Shown piece after piece: positions 52,201 through 64,000 of a stretch of DNA of 64,000 nt. The DNA comes from Auanema rhodensis (Eukaryota > Animalia > Nematoda). How positions within the stretch are numbered: position 1 is the stretch's first letter; every line of letters starts with the position of its first letter. The notes below the pieces were generated by a model. It worked only from the letters and a program-made list of their open reading frames with translations, searched no databases and was not told where the DNA came from. The translations under genes were made by a program, and so were the position numbers. Where the stretch lies: positions 496,001 through 560,000 of the forward strand of contig CAXKVF010000075.1 of assembly GCA_964057225.1 (NCBI GenBank), in the 5' to 3' direction.

Positions 52201-55200
52201 CGTGAAAGATAAAGAGATGCGGTTTTCAAAATTAGATTCCCCATGTCCATATTAGTCTAAAAACAAATTTTTATTGATATTGGTGCATGGTAACCATGAC
52301 TTTGAAATTTACGTGAACTTTAATTTATGCTAATTAAATGTACACGTGATGTGCACTTGGTATGTAACTCGCTTCACGTGAAAGATAAAGAGATGCGGTT
52401 TTCAAAATTAGATTCCCCATGTCCATATTAGTCTAAAAACAAATTTTTATTGATATTGGTGCATGGTAACCATGACTTTGAAATTTACGTGAACTTTAAT
52501 TTATGCTAATTAAATGTACACGTGATGTGCACTTGGTATGTAACTCGCTTCACGTGAAAGATAAAGAGATGCGGTTTTCAAAATTAGATTCCCCATGTCC
52601 ATATTAGTCTAAAAACAAATTTTTATTGATATTGCTTCATGGTAACCATGACTTTGAAATTTACGTGAACTTTAATTTATGCTAATTAAATGTACACGTG
52701 ATGTGCACTTGGTATGTAACTCGCTTCACGTGAAAGATAAAGAGATGCGGTTTTCAAAATTAGATTCCCCATGTCCATATTAGTCTAAAAACAAATTTTT
52801 ATTGATATTGCTTCATGGTAACCATGACTTTGAAATTTACGTGAACTTTAATTTATGCTAATTAAATGTACACGTGATGTGCACTTGGTATGTAACTCGC
52901 TTCACGTGAAAGATAAAGAGATGCGGTTTTCAAAATTAGATTCCCCATGTCCATATTAGTCTAAAAACAAATTTTTATTGATATTGGTTCATGGTAACCA
53001 TGACTTTGAAATTTACGTGAACTTTAATTTATGCTAATTAAATGTACACGTGATGTGCACTTGGTATGTAACTCGCTTCACGTGAAAGATAAAGAGATGC
53101 AGTTTTCAAAATTAGATTCCCCATGTCCATATTAGTCTAAAAACAAATTTTTATTGATATTGGTGCATGGTAACCATGACTTTGAAATTTACGTGAACTT
53201 TAATTTATGCTAATTAAATGTACACGTGATGTGCACTTGGTATGTAACTCGCTTCACGTGAAAGATAAAGAGATGCGGTTTTCAAAATTAGATTCCCCAT
53301 GTCCATATTAGTCTAAAAACAAATTTTTATTGATATTGGTTCATGGTAACCATGACTTTGAAATTTACGTGAACTTTAATTCATGCTAATTAAATGTACA
53401 CGTGATGTGCACTTGGTATGTAACTCGCTTCACGTGAAAGATAAAGAGATGCGGTTTTCACAATTAGATTCCCCATGTCTATATTAGTCTAAAAACAAAT
53501 TTTTATTGATATTGGTGCATGGTAACCATGACTTTGAAATTTACGTGAACTTTAATTTATGCTAATTAAATGTACACGTGATGTGCACTTGGTATGTAAC
53601 TCGCTTCACGTGAAAGATAAAGAGATGCGGTTTTCAAAATTAGATTCCCCATGTCCATATTAGTCTAAAAACAAATTTATTGATATTGGTGCATGGTAAC
53701 CATGACTTTGAAATTTACGTGAACTTTAATTTATGCTAATTAAATGTACACGTGATGTGCACTTGGTATGTAACTCGCTTCACGTGAAAGATGAAGAGAT
53801 GCGGTTTTCAAAATTAGATTCCCCATGTCCATATTAGTCTAAAAACAAATTTTTATTGATATTGGTTCATGGTAACCATGACTTTGAAATTTACGTGAAC
53901 TTTAATTTATGCTAATTAAATGTACACGTGATGTGCACTTGGTATGTAACTCGCTTCACGTGAAAGATAAAGAGATGCGGTTTTCAAAATTAGATTCCCC
54001 ATGTCCATATTAGTCTAAAAACAATTTTTTATTGATATTGGTTCATGGTAACCATGACTTTGAAATTTACGTGAACTTTAATTTATGCTAATTAAATGTA
54101 CACGTGATGTGCACTTGGTATGTAACTCGCTTCACGTGAAAGATAAAGAGATGCGGTTTTCAAAATTAGATTCCCCATGTCCATATTAGTCTAAAAACAA
54201 ATTTTTATTGATATTGCTTCATGGTAACCATGACTTTGAAATTTACGTGAACTTTAATTTATGCTAATTAAATGTACACGTGATGTGCACTTGGTATGTA
54301 ACTCGCTTCACGTGAAAGATAAAGAGATGCGGTTTTCAAAATTAGATTCCCCATGTCCATATTAGTCTAAAAACAAATTTTTATTGATATTGCTTCATGG
54401 TAACCATGACTTTGAAATTTACGTGAACTTTAATTTATGCTAATTAAATGTACACGTGATGTGCACTTGGTATGTAACTCGCTTCACGTGAAAGATAAAG
54501 AGATGCGGTTTTCAAAATTAGATTCACCATGTCCATATTAGTCTAAAAACAAATTTTTATTGATATTGGTTCATGGTAACCATGACTTTGAAATTTACGT
54601 GAACTTTAATTTATGCTAATTAAATGTACACGTGATGTGCACTTGGTATGTAACTCGCTTCACGTGAAAGATAAAGAGATGCGGTTTTCAAAATTAGATT
54701 CCCCATGTCCATATTAGTCTAAAAACAATTTTTTATTGATATTGGTTCATGGTAACCATGACTTTGAAATTTACGTGAACTTTAATTTATGCTAATTAAA
54801 TGTACACGTGATGTGCACTTGGTATGTAACTCGCTTCACGTGAAAGATAAAGAGATGCGGTTTTCAAAATTAGATTCCCCATGTCCATATTAGTCTAAAA
54901 ACAATTTTTTATTGATATTGGTTCATGGTAACCATGACTTTGAAATTTACGTGAACTTTAATTTATGCTAATTAAATGTACACGTGATGTGCACTTGGTA
55001 TGTAACTCGCTTCACGTGAAAGATAAAGAGATGCAGTTTTCAAAATTAGGTTCCCCATGTCCATATTAGTCTAAAAACAAATTTTTATTGATATTGCTTC
55101 ATGGTAACCATGACTTTGAAATTTACGTGAACTTTAATTTATGCTAATTAAATGTACACGTGATGTGCACTTGGTATGTAACTCGCTTCACGTGAAAGAT

Positions 55201-56990
55201 AAAGAGATGCGGTTTTCAAAATTAGATTCCCCATGTCCATATTAGTCTAAAAACAAATTTTTATTGATATTGCTTCATGGTAACCATGACTTTGAAATTT
55301 ACGTGAACTTTAATTTATGCTAATTAAATGTACACGTGATGTGCACTTGGTATGTAACTCGCTTCACGTGAAAGATAAAGAGATGCGGTTTTCAAAATTA
55401 GATTCCCCATGTCCATATTAGTCTAAAAACAAATTTTTATTGATATTGGTTCATGGTAACCATGACTTTGAAATTTACGTGAACTTTAATTTATGCTAAT
55501 TAAATGTACACGTGATGTGCACTTGGTATGTAACTCGCTTCACGTGAAAGATAAAGAGATGCGGTTTTCAAAATTAGATTCCCCATGTCCATATTAGTCT
55601 AAAAACAAATTTTTATTGATATTGGTTCATGGTAACCATGACTTTGAAATTTACGTGAACTTTAATTTATGCTAATTAAATGTACACGTGATGTGCACTT
55701 GGTATGTAACTCGCTTCACGTGAAAGATAAGGAGATGCGGTTTTCAAAATTAGGTTCCCCATGTCCATATTAGTCTAAAAACAAATTTTTATTGATATTG
55801 GTTCATGGTAACCATGACTTTGAAATTTACGTGAACTTTAATTTATGCTAATTAAATGTACACGTGATGTGCACTTGGTATGTAACTCGCTTCACGTGAA
55901 CGATAAAGAGATGCGGTTTTCAAAATTAGATTCCCCATGTCCATATTAGTCTAAAAACAAATTTTTATTGATATTGGTGCATGGTAACCATGACTTTGAA
56001 ATTTACGTGAACTTTAATTTATGCTAATTAAATGTACACGTGATGTGCATTTGGTATGTAACTCGCTTCACGTGAAAGATAAAGAGATGCGGTTTTCAAA
56101 ATTAGATTCCCCATGTCCATATTAGTCTAAAAACAAATTTCTATTGATATTGGTTCATGGTAACCATGACTTTGAAATTTACGTGAACTTTAATTTTTGC
56201 TAATTAAATGTACACGTGATGTGCACTTGGTATGTAACTCGCTTCACGTGAAAGATAAAGTGATGCGGTTTTCAAAATTAGATTCCCCATGTCCATATTA
56301 GTCTAAAAACCAATTTTTATTGATATTGGTGCATGGTAACCATGACTTTGAAATTTACGTGAACTTTAATTTATGCTAATTAAATGTACACGTGATGTGC
56401 ACTTGGTATGTAACTCGCTTCACGTGAAAGATAAAGAGATGCGGTTTTCAAAATTAGATTCCCCATGTCCATATTAGTCTAAAAACAAATTTTTATTGAT
56501 ATTGGTGCATGGTAACCATGACTTTGAAATTTACGTGAACTTTAATTTATGCTAATTAAATGTACACGTGATGTGCACTTGGTATGTAACTCGCTTCACG
56601 TGAAAGATAAAGAGATGCGGTTTTCAAAATTAGATTCCCCATGTCCATATTAGTCTAAAAACAAATTTTTATTGATATTGGTGCATGGTAACCATGACTT
56701 TGAAATTTACGTGAACTTTAATTTATGCTAATTAAATGTACACGTGATGTGCACTTGGTATGTAACTCGCTTCACGTGAAAGATAAAGAGATGCGGTTTT
56801 CAAAATTAGATTCCCCATGTCCATATTAGTCTAAAAACAAATTTTTATTGATATTGGTTCATGGTAACCATGACTTTGAAATTTACGTGAACTTTAATTT
56901 ATGCTAATTAAATGTACACGTGATGTGCACTTGGTATGTAACTCGCTTCACGTGAAAGATAAAGAGATGCGGTTTTCAAAATTAGATTCC

Positions 56991-57094
56991 CCATGTCCAT
57001 ATTTATGCTAATTAAATGTACACGTGATGTGCACTTGGTATGTAACTCGCTTCACGTGAAAGATAAAGAGATGCGGTTTTCAAAATTAGATTCC
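56991..57094 (+). repeat. 104-bp truncated monomer (72-bp deletion); same junction recurs at ~57986 and ~62489
   Basis: CCATGTCCAT-ATT-TATGCTAATT junction with ATT microhomology. CCATGT spacing from 56991 to 57095 is 104. Confidence 0.93.
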
Positions 57095-60000
57095 CCATGT
57101 CCATATTAGTCTAAAAACAAATTTTTATTGATATTGGTGCATGGTAACCATGGCTTTGAAATTTACGTGAACTTTAATTTATGCTAATTAAATGTACACG
57201 TGATGTGCACTTGTATGTAACTCGCTTCACGTGAAAGATAAAGAGATGCGGTTTTCAAAATTAGATTCCCCATGTCCATATTAGTCTAAAAACAAATTTT
57301 TATTGATATTGGTGCATGGTAACCATGACTTTGAAATTTACGTGAACTTTAATTTATGCTAATTAAATGTACACGTGATGTGCACTTGGTATGTAACTCG
57401 CTTCACGTGAAAGATAAAGTGATGCGGTTTTCAAAATTAGATTCCCCATGTCCATATTAGTCTAAAAACAACTTTTTATTGATATTGGTGCATGGTAACC
57501 ATGACTTTGAAATTTACGTGAACTTTAATTTATGCTAATTAAATGTACACGTGATGTGCACTTGGTATGTAACTCGCTTCACGTGAAAGATAAAGAGATG
57601 CGGTTTTCAAAATTAGATTCCCCATGTCCATATTAGTCTAAAAACAAATTTTCATTGATATTGGTGCATGGTAACCATGACTTTGAAATTTACGTGAACT
57701 TTAATTTATGCTAATTAAATGTACACGTGATGTGCACTTGGTATGTAACTCGCTTCACGTGAAAGATAAAGAGATGCGGTTTTCAAAATTAGATTCCCCA
57801 TGTCCATATTAGTCTAAAAGCAAATTTTTATTGATATTGGTTCATGGTAACCATGACTTTGAAATTTACGTGAACTTTAATTTATGCTAATTAAATGTAC
57901 ACGTGATGTGCACTTGGTATGTAACTCGCTTCACGTGAAAGATAAAGAGATGCGGTTTTCAAAATTAGATTCCCCATGTCCATATTTATGCTAATTAAAT
58001 GTACACGTGATGTGCACTTGGTATGTAACTCGCTTCACGTGAAAGATAAAGAGATGCGGTTTTCAAAATTAGATTCCCCATGTCCATATTAGTCTAAAAA
58101 CAAATTTTTATTGATATTGGTGCATGGTAACCATGGCTTTGAAATTTACGTGAACTTTAATTTATGCTAATTAAATGTACACGTGATGTGCACTTGTATG
58201 TAACTCGCTTCACGTGAAAGATAAAGAGATGCGGTTTTCAAAATTAGATTCCCCATGTCCATATTAGTCTAAAAACAAATTTTTATTGATATTGGTGCAT
58301 GGTAACCATGACTTTGAAATTTACGTGAACTTTAATTTATGCTAATTAAATGTACACGTGATGTGCACTTGGTATGTAACTCGCTTCACGTGAAAGATAA
58401 AGAGATGCGGTTTTCAAAATTAGATTCCCCATGTCCATATTAGTCTAAAAACAAATTTTTATTGATATTGGTGCATGGTAACCATGACTTTGAAATTTAC
58501 GTGAACTTTAATTTATGTTAATTAAATGTACACGTGATGTGCACTTGGTATGTAACTCGCTTCACGTGAAAGATGAAGAGATGCGGTTTTCAAAATTAGA
58601 TTCCCCATGTCCATATTAGTCTAAAAACAAATTTTTATTGATATTGGTGCATGGTAACCATGACTTTGAAATTTACGTGAACTTTAATTTATGCTAATTA
58701 AATGTACACGTGATGTGCACTTGGTATGTAACTCGCTTCACGTGAAAGATAAAGAGATGCGGTTTTCAAAATTAGATTCCCCATGTCCATATTAGTCTAA
58801 AAACAATTTTTTATTGATATTGGTTCATGGTAACCATGACTTTGAAATTTACGTGAACTTTAATTTATGCTAATTAAATGTACACGTGATGTGCACTTGG
58901 TATGTAACTCGCTTCATGTGAAAGATAAAGAGATGCGGTTTTCAAAATTAGGTTCCCCATGTCCATATTAGTCTAAAAACAAATTTTTATTGATATTGCT
59001 TCATGGTAACCATGACTTTGAAATTTACGTGAACTTTAATTTATGCTAATTAAATGTACACGTGATGTGCACTTGGTATGTAACTCGCTTCACGTGAAAG
59101 ATAAAGAGATGCGGTTTTCAAAATTAGATTCCCCATGTCCATATTAGTCTAAAAACAAATTTTTATTGATATTGGTTCATGGTAACCATGACTTTGAAAT
59201 TTACGTGAACTTTAATTTATGCTTATTAAATGTACACGTGATGTGCACTTGGTATGTAACTCGCTTCACGTGAAAGATAAAGAGATGCGGTTTTCAAAAT
59301 TAGATTCCCCATGTCCATATTAGTCTAAAAACAAATTTTTATTGATATTGGTTCATGGTAACCATGACTTTGAAATTTACGTGAACTTTAATTTATGCTA
59401 ATTAAATGTACACGTGATGTGCACTTGGTATGTAACTCGCTTCACGTGAAAGATAAAGAGATGCGGTTTTCAAAATTAGATTCCCCATGTCCATATTAGT
59501 CTAAAAACAAATTTTTATTGATATTGGTTCATGGTAACCATGACTTTGAAATTTACGTGAACTTTAATTTATGCTAATTAAATGTACACGTGATGTGCAC
59601 TTGGTATGTAACTCGCTTCACGTGAAAGATAAGGAGATGCGGTTTTCAAAATTAGGTTCCCCATGTCCATATTAGTCTAAAAACAAATTTTTATTGATAT
59701 TGGTTCATGGTAACCATGACTTTGAAATTTACGTGAACTTTAATTTATGCTAATTAAATGTACACGTGATGTGCACTTGGTATGTAACTCGCTTCACGTG
59801 AAAGATAAAGAGATGCGGTTTTCAAAATTAGATTCCCCATGTCCATATTAGTCTAAAAACAAATTTTTATTGATATTGGTGCATGGTAACCATGACTTTG
59901 AAATTTACGTGAACTTTAATTTATGCTAATTAAATGTACACGTGATGTGCATTTGGTATGTAACTCGCTTCACGTGAAAGATAAAGAGATGCGGTTTTCA

Positions 60001-62950
60001 AAATTAGATTCCCCATGTCCATATTAGTCTAAAAACAAATTTTTATTGATATTGGTTCATGGTAACCATGACTTTGAAATTTACGTGAACTTTAATTTTT
60101 GCTAATTAAATGTACACGTGATGTGCACTTGGTATGTAACTCGCTTCACGTGAAAGATAAAGTGATGCGGTTTTCAAAATTAGATTCCCCATGTCCATAT
60201 TAGTCTAAAAACAAATTTTTATTGATATTGGTGCATGGTAACCATGACTTTGAAATTTACGTGAACTTTAATTTATGCTAATTAAATGTACACGTGATGT
60301 GCACTTGGTATGTAACTCGCTTCACGTTAAAGATAAAGAGATGCGGTTTTCAAAATTAGATTCCCCATGTCCATATTAGTCTAAAAACTAATTTTTATTG
60401 ATATTGGTGCATGGTAACCATGACTTTGAAATTTACGTGAACTTTAATTTATGCTAATTAAATGTACACGTGATGTGCACTTGGTATGTAACTCGCTTCA
60501 CGTGAAAGATAAAGAGATGCGGTTTTCAAAATTAGATTCCCCATTTCCATATTAGTCTAAAAACAAATTTTTATTGATATTGGTGCATGGTAACCATGAC
60601 TTTGAAATTTACGTGAACTTTAATTTATGCTAATTAAATGTACACGTGATGTGCACTTGGTATGTAACTCGCTTCACGTGAAAGATAAAGAGATGCGGTT
60701 TTCAAAATTAGATTCCCCATGTCCATATTAGTCTAAAAACAAATTTTTATTGATATTGGTTCATGGTAACCATGACTTTGAAATTTACGTGAACTTTAAT
60801 TTATGCTTATTAAATGTACACGTGATGTGCACTTGGTATGTAACTCGCTTCACGTGAAAGATAAAGAGATGCGGTTTTCAAAATTAGATTCCCCATGTCC
60901 ATTTTAGTCTAAAAACAAATTTTTATTGATATTGGTTCATGGTAACCATGACTTTGAAATTTACGTGAACTTTAATTTATGCTAATTAAATGTACACGTG
61001 ATGTGCACTTGGTATGTAACTCGCTTCACGTGAAAGATAAAGAGATGCGGTTTTCAAAATTAGATTCCCCATGTCCATATTAGTCTAAAAACAAATTTTT
61101 ATTGATATTGGTTCATGGTAACCATGACTTTGAAATTTACGTGAACTTTAATTTATGCTAATTAAATGTACACGTGATGTGCACTTGGTATGTAACTCGC
61201 TTCACGTGAAAGATAAGGAGATGCGGTTTTCAAAATTAGGTTCCCCATGTCCATATTAGTCTAAAAACAAATTTTTATTGATATTGGTTCATGGTAACCA
61301 TGACTTTGAAATTTACGTGAACTTTAATTTATGCTAATTAAATGTACACGTGATGTGCACTTGGTATGTAACTCGCTTCACGTGAAAGATAAAGAGATGC
61401 GGTTTTCAAAATTAGATTCCCCATGTCCATATTAGTCTAAAAACAAATTTTTATTGATATTGGTGCATGGTAACCATGACTTTGAAATTTACGTGAACTT
61501 TAATTTATGCTAATTAAATGTACACGTGATGTGCATTTGGTATGTAACTCGCTTCACGTGAAAGATAAAGAGATGCGGTTTTCAAAATTAGATTCCCCAT
61601 GTCCATATTAGTCTAAAAACAAATTTTTATTGATATTGGTTCATGGTAACCATGACTTTGAAATTTACGTGAACTTTAATTTTTGCTAATTAAATGTACA
61701 CGTGATGTGCACTTGGTATGTAACTCGCTTCACGTGAAAGATAAAGTGATGCGGTTTTCAAAATTAGATTCCCCATGTCCATATTAGTCTAAAAACAAAT
61801 TTTTATTGATATTGGTGCATGGTAACCATGACTTTGAAATTTACGTGAACTTTAATTTATGCTAATTAAATGTACACGTGATGTGCACTTGGTATGTAAC
61901 TCGCTTCACGTTAAAGATAAAGAGATGCGGTTTTCAAAATTAGATTCCCCATGTCCATATTAGTCTAAAAACTAATTTTTATTGATATTGGTGCATGGTA
62001 ACCATGACTTTGAAATTTACGTGAACTTTAATTTATGCTAATTAAATGTACACGTGATGTGCACTTGGTATGTAACTCGCTTCACGTGAAAGATAAAGAG
62101 ATGCGGTTTTCAAAATTAGATTCCCCATTTCCATATTAGTCTAAAAACAAATTTTTATTGATATTGGTGCATGGTAACCATGACTTTGAAATTTACGTGA
62201 ACTTTAATTTATGCTAATTAAATGTACACGTGATGTGCACTTGGTATGTAACTCGCTTCACGTGAAAGATAAAGAGATGCGGTTTTCAAAATTAGATTCC
62301 CCATGTCCATATTAGTCTAAAAACAAATTTTTATTGATATTGGTTCATGGTAACCATGACTTTGAAATTTACGTGAACTTTAATTTATGCTAATTAAATG
62401 TACACGTGATGTGCACTTGGTATGTAACTCGCTTCACGTGAAAGATAAAGAGATGCGGTTTTCAAAATTAGATTCCCCATGTCCATATTTATGCTAATTA
62501 AATGTACACGTGATGTGCACTTGGTATGTAACTCGCTTCACGTGAAGGATAAAGAGATGCGGTTTTCAAAATTAGATTCCCCATGTCCATATTAGTCTAA
62601 AAACAAATTTTTATTGATATTGGTGCATGGTAACCATGGCTTTGAAATTTACGTGAACTTTAATTTATGCTAATTAAATGTACACGTGATGTGCACTTGT
62701 ATGTAACTCGCTTCACGTGAAAGATAAAGAGATGCGGTTTTCAAAATTAGATTCCCCATGTCCATATTAGTCTAAAAACAAATTTTTATTGATATTGCGT
62801 CATGGTAACCATGACTTTGAAATTTACGTGAACTTTAATTTATGCTAATTAAATGTACACGTGATGTGCACTTGGTATGTAACTCGCTTCACGTGAAAGA
62901 TAAAGAGATGCGGTTTTCAAAATTAGATTCCCCATGTCCATATTAGTCTA

Positions 62951-63049
62951 AAAACAAATTTTTACTTTTATGCTAATTTCAAAGTCATGGTTACCATGCA
63001 AAACAAATTTTTATTGATATTGGTGCATGGTAACCATGACTTTGAAATT
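62951..63049. other. 49-bp templated insertion creating a perfect 26-bp inverted repeat within a satellite monomer
   Basis: 62975-63000 (AATTTCAAAGTCATGGTTACCATGCA) is the exact reverse complement of 63024-63049. AAAACAAATTTTTA is duplicated at 62951 and 63000. Confidence 0.92.
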
Positions 63050-64000
63050 TACGTGAACTTTAATTTATGCTAATTAAATGTACACGTGATGTGCACTTGG
63101 TATGTAACTCGGTTCACGTGAAAGATAAAGAGATGCGGTTTTCAAAATTAGATTCCCCATGTCCATATTAGTCTAAAAACAAATTTTTATTGATATTGGT
63201 GCATGGTAACCATGACTTTGAAATTTACGTGAACTTTAATTTATGCTAATTAAATGTACACGTGATGTGCACTTGGTATGTAACTCGCTTCACGTGAAAG
63301 ATAAAGAGATGCGGTTTTCAAAATTAGATTCCCCATGTCCATATTAGTCTAAAAACAAATTTTTATTGATATTGGTTCATGGTAACCATGACTTTGAAAT
63401 TTACGTGAACTTTAATTCATGCTAATTAAATGTACACGTGATGTGCACTTGGTATGTAACTCGCTTCACGTGAAAGATAAAGAGATGCGGTTTTCACAAT
63501 TAGATTCCCCATGTCCATATTAGTCTAAAAACAAATTTTTATTGATATTGGTGCATGGTAACCATGACTTTGAAATTTACGTGAACTTTAATTTATGCTA
63601 ATTAAATGTACACGTGATGTGCACTTGGTATGTAACTCGCTTCACGTGAAAGATAAAGAGATGCGGTTTTCAAAATTAGATTCCCCATGTCCATATTAGT
63701 CTAAAAACAAATTTTTATTGATATTGGTGCATGGTAACCATGACTTTGAAATTTACGTGAACTTTAATTTATGCTAATTAAATGTACACGTGATGTGCAC
63801 TTGGTATGTAACTCGCTTCACGTGAAAGATAAAGAGATGCGGTTTTCAAAATTAGATTCCCCATGTCCATATTAGTCTAAAAACAAATTTTTATTGATAT
63901 TGCTTCATGGTAACCATGACTTTGAAATTTACGTGAACTTTAATTTATGCTAATTAAATGTACACGTGATGTGCACTTGGTATGTAACTCGCTTCACGTG

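Larger units (their letters stand above)
19263..64000 (+). repeat. 176-bp tandem satellite array, right arm (~254 monomer lengths; continues beyond window end)
   Basis: Same monomer, resuming in register (GTGCACTT...) straight after the 3' LTR. Contains 104-bp truncated monomers and one 49-bp templated insertion. Confidence 0.99.

Noticed and set aside
3153-57094. The 72-bp and 104-bp truncated monomers sum to 176, suggesting reciprocal products
   Set aside because: Their breakpoints are at different monomer positions, so they are not reciprocal; treated as coincidence.
1-64000. CRISPR array or tandem RNA-gene cluster (5S, SL, tRNA, snRNA)
   Set aside because: No unique spacers and no cas genes. 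I recognise no 5S, SL1 or tRNA sequence or Pol III boxes in the monomer.

Overview
About 94% of this window is one very homogeneous head-to-tail satellite array: a 176-bp monomer, ~32% GC by my count of the consensus, ~340 copies, all in + orientation and running off both edges. It is interrupted once, at 15203-19262, by a ~4.06-kb Ty3/Gypsy-type LTR retroelement. The element has two 480-bp LTRs that look identical by eye, a (T)GTGC target-site duplication, a PBS matching nematode-type tRNA-Pro and a short polypurine tract. Its single intact 900-aa ORF encodes Gag (CCHC knuckle) and an aspartic protease (DTG), followed by a short degenerate RT N-terminal remnant fused in frame to an integrase C-terminal GPY/F module. 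The RT core, RNase H and integrase core are absent, so the element is non-autonomous yet very recently inserted. The most unexpected signal is in its 5' leader: seven short stem-loops with different stem sequences but a shared C-(GNRNA)-G pentaloop, a candidate multivalent packaging or protein-binding signal. The satellite shows nested higher-order duplications (including an empty-site paralogue of the insertion), a sharp variant-domain boundary at ~36 kb, propagated truncated monomers and templated-insertion repair scars. A nematode host is inferred, not proven. All comparisons were made by eye, and no database search was run.
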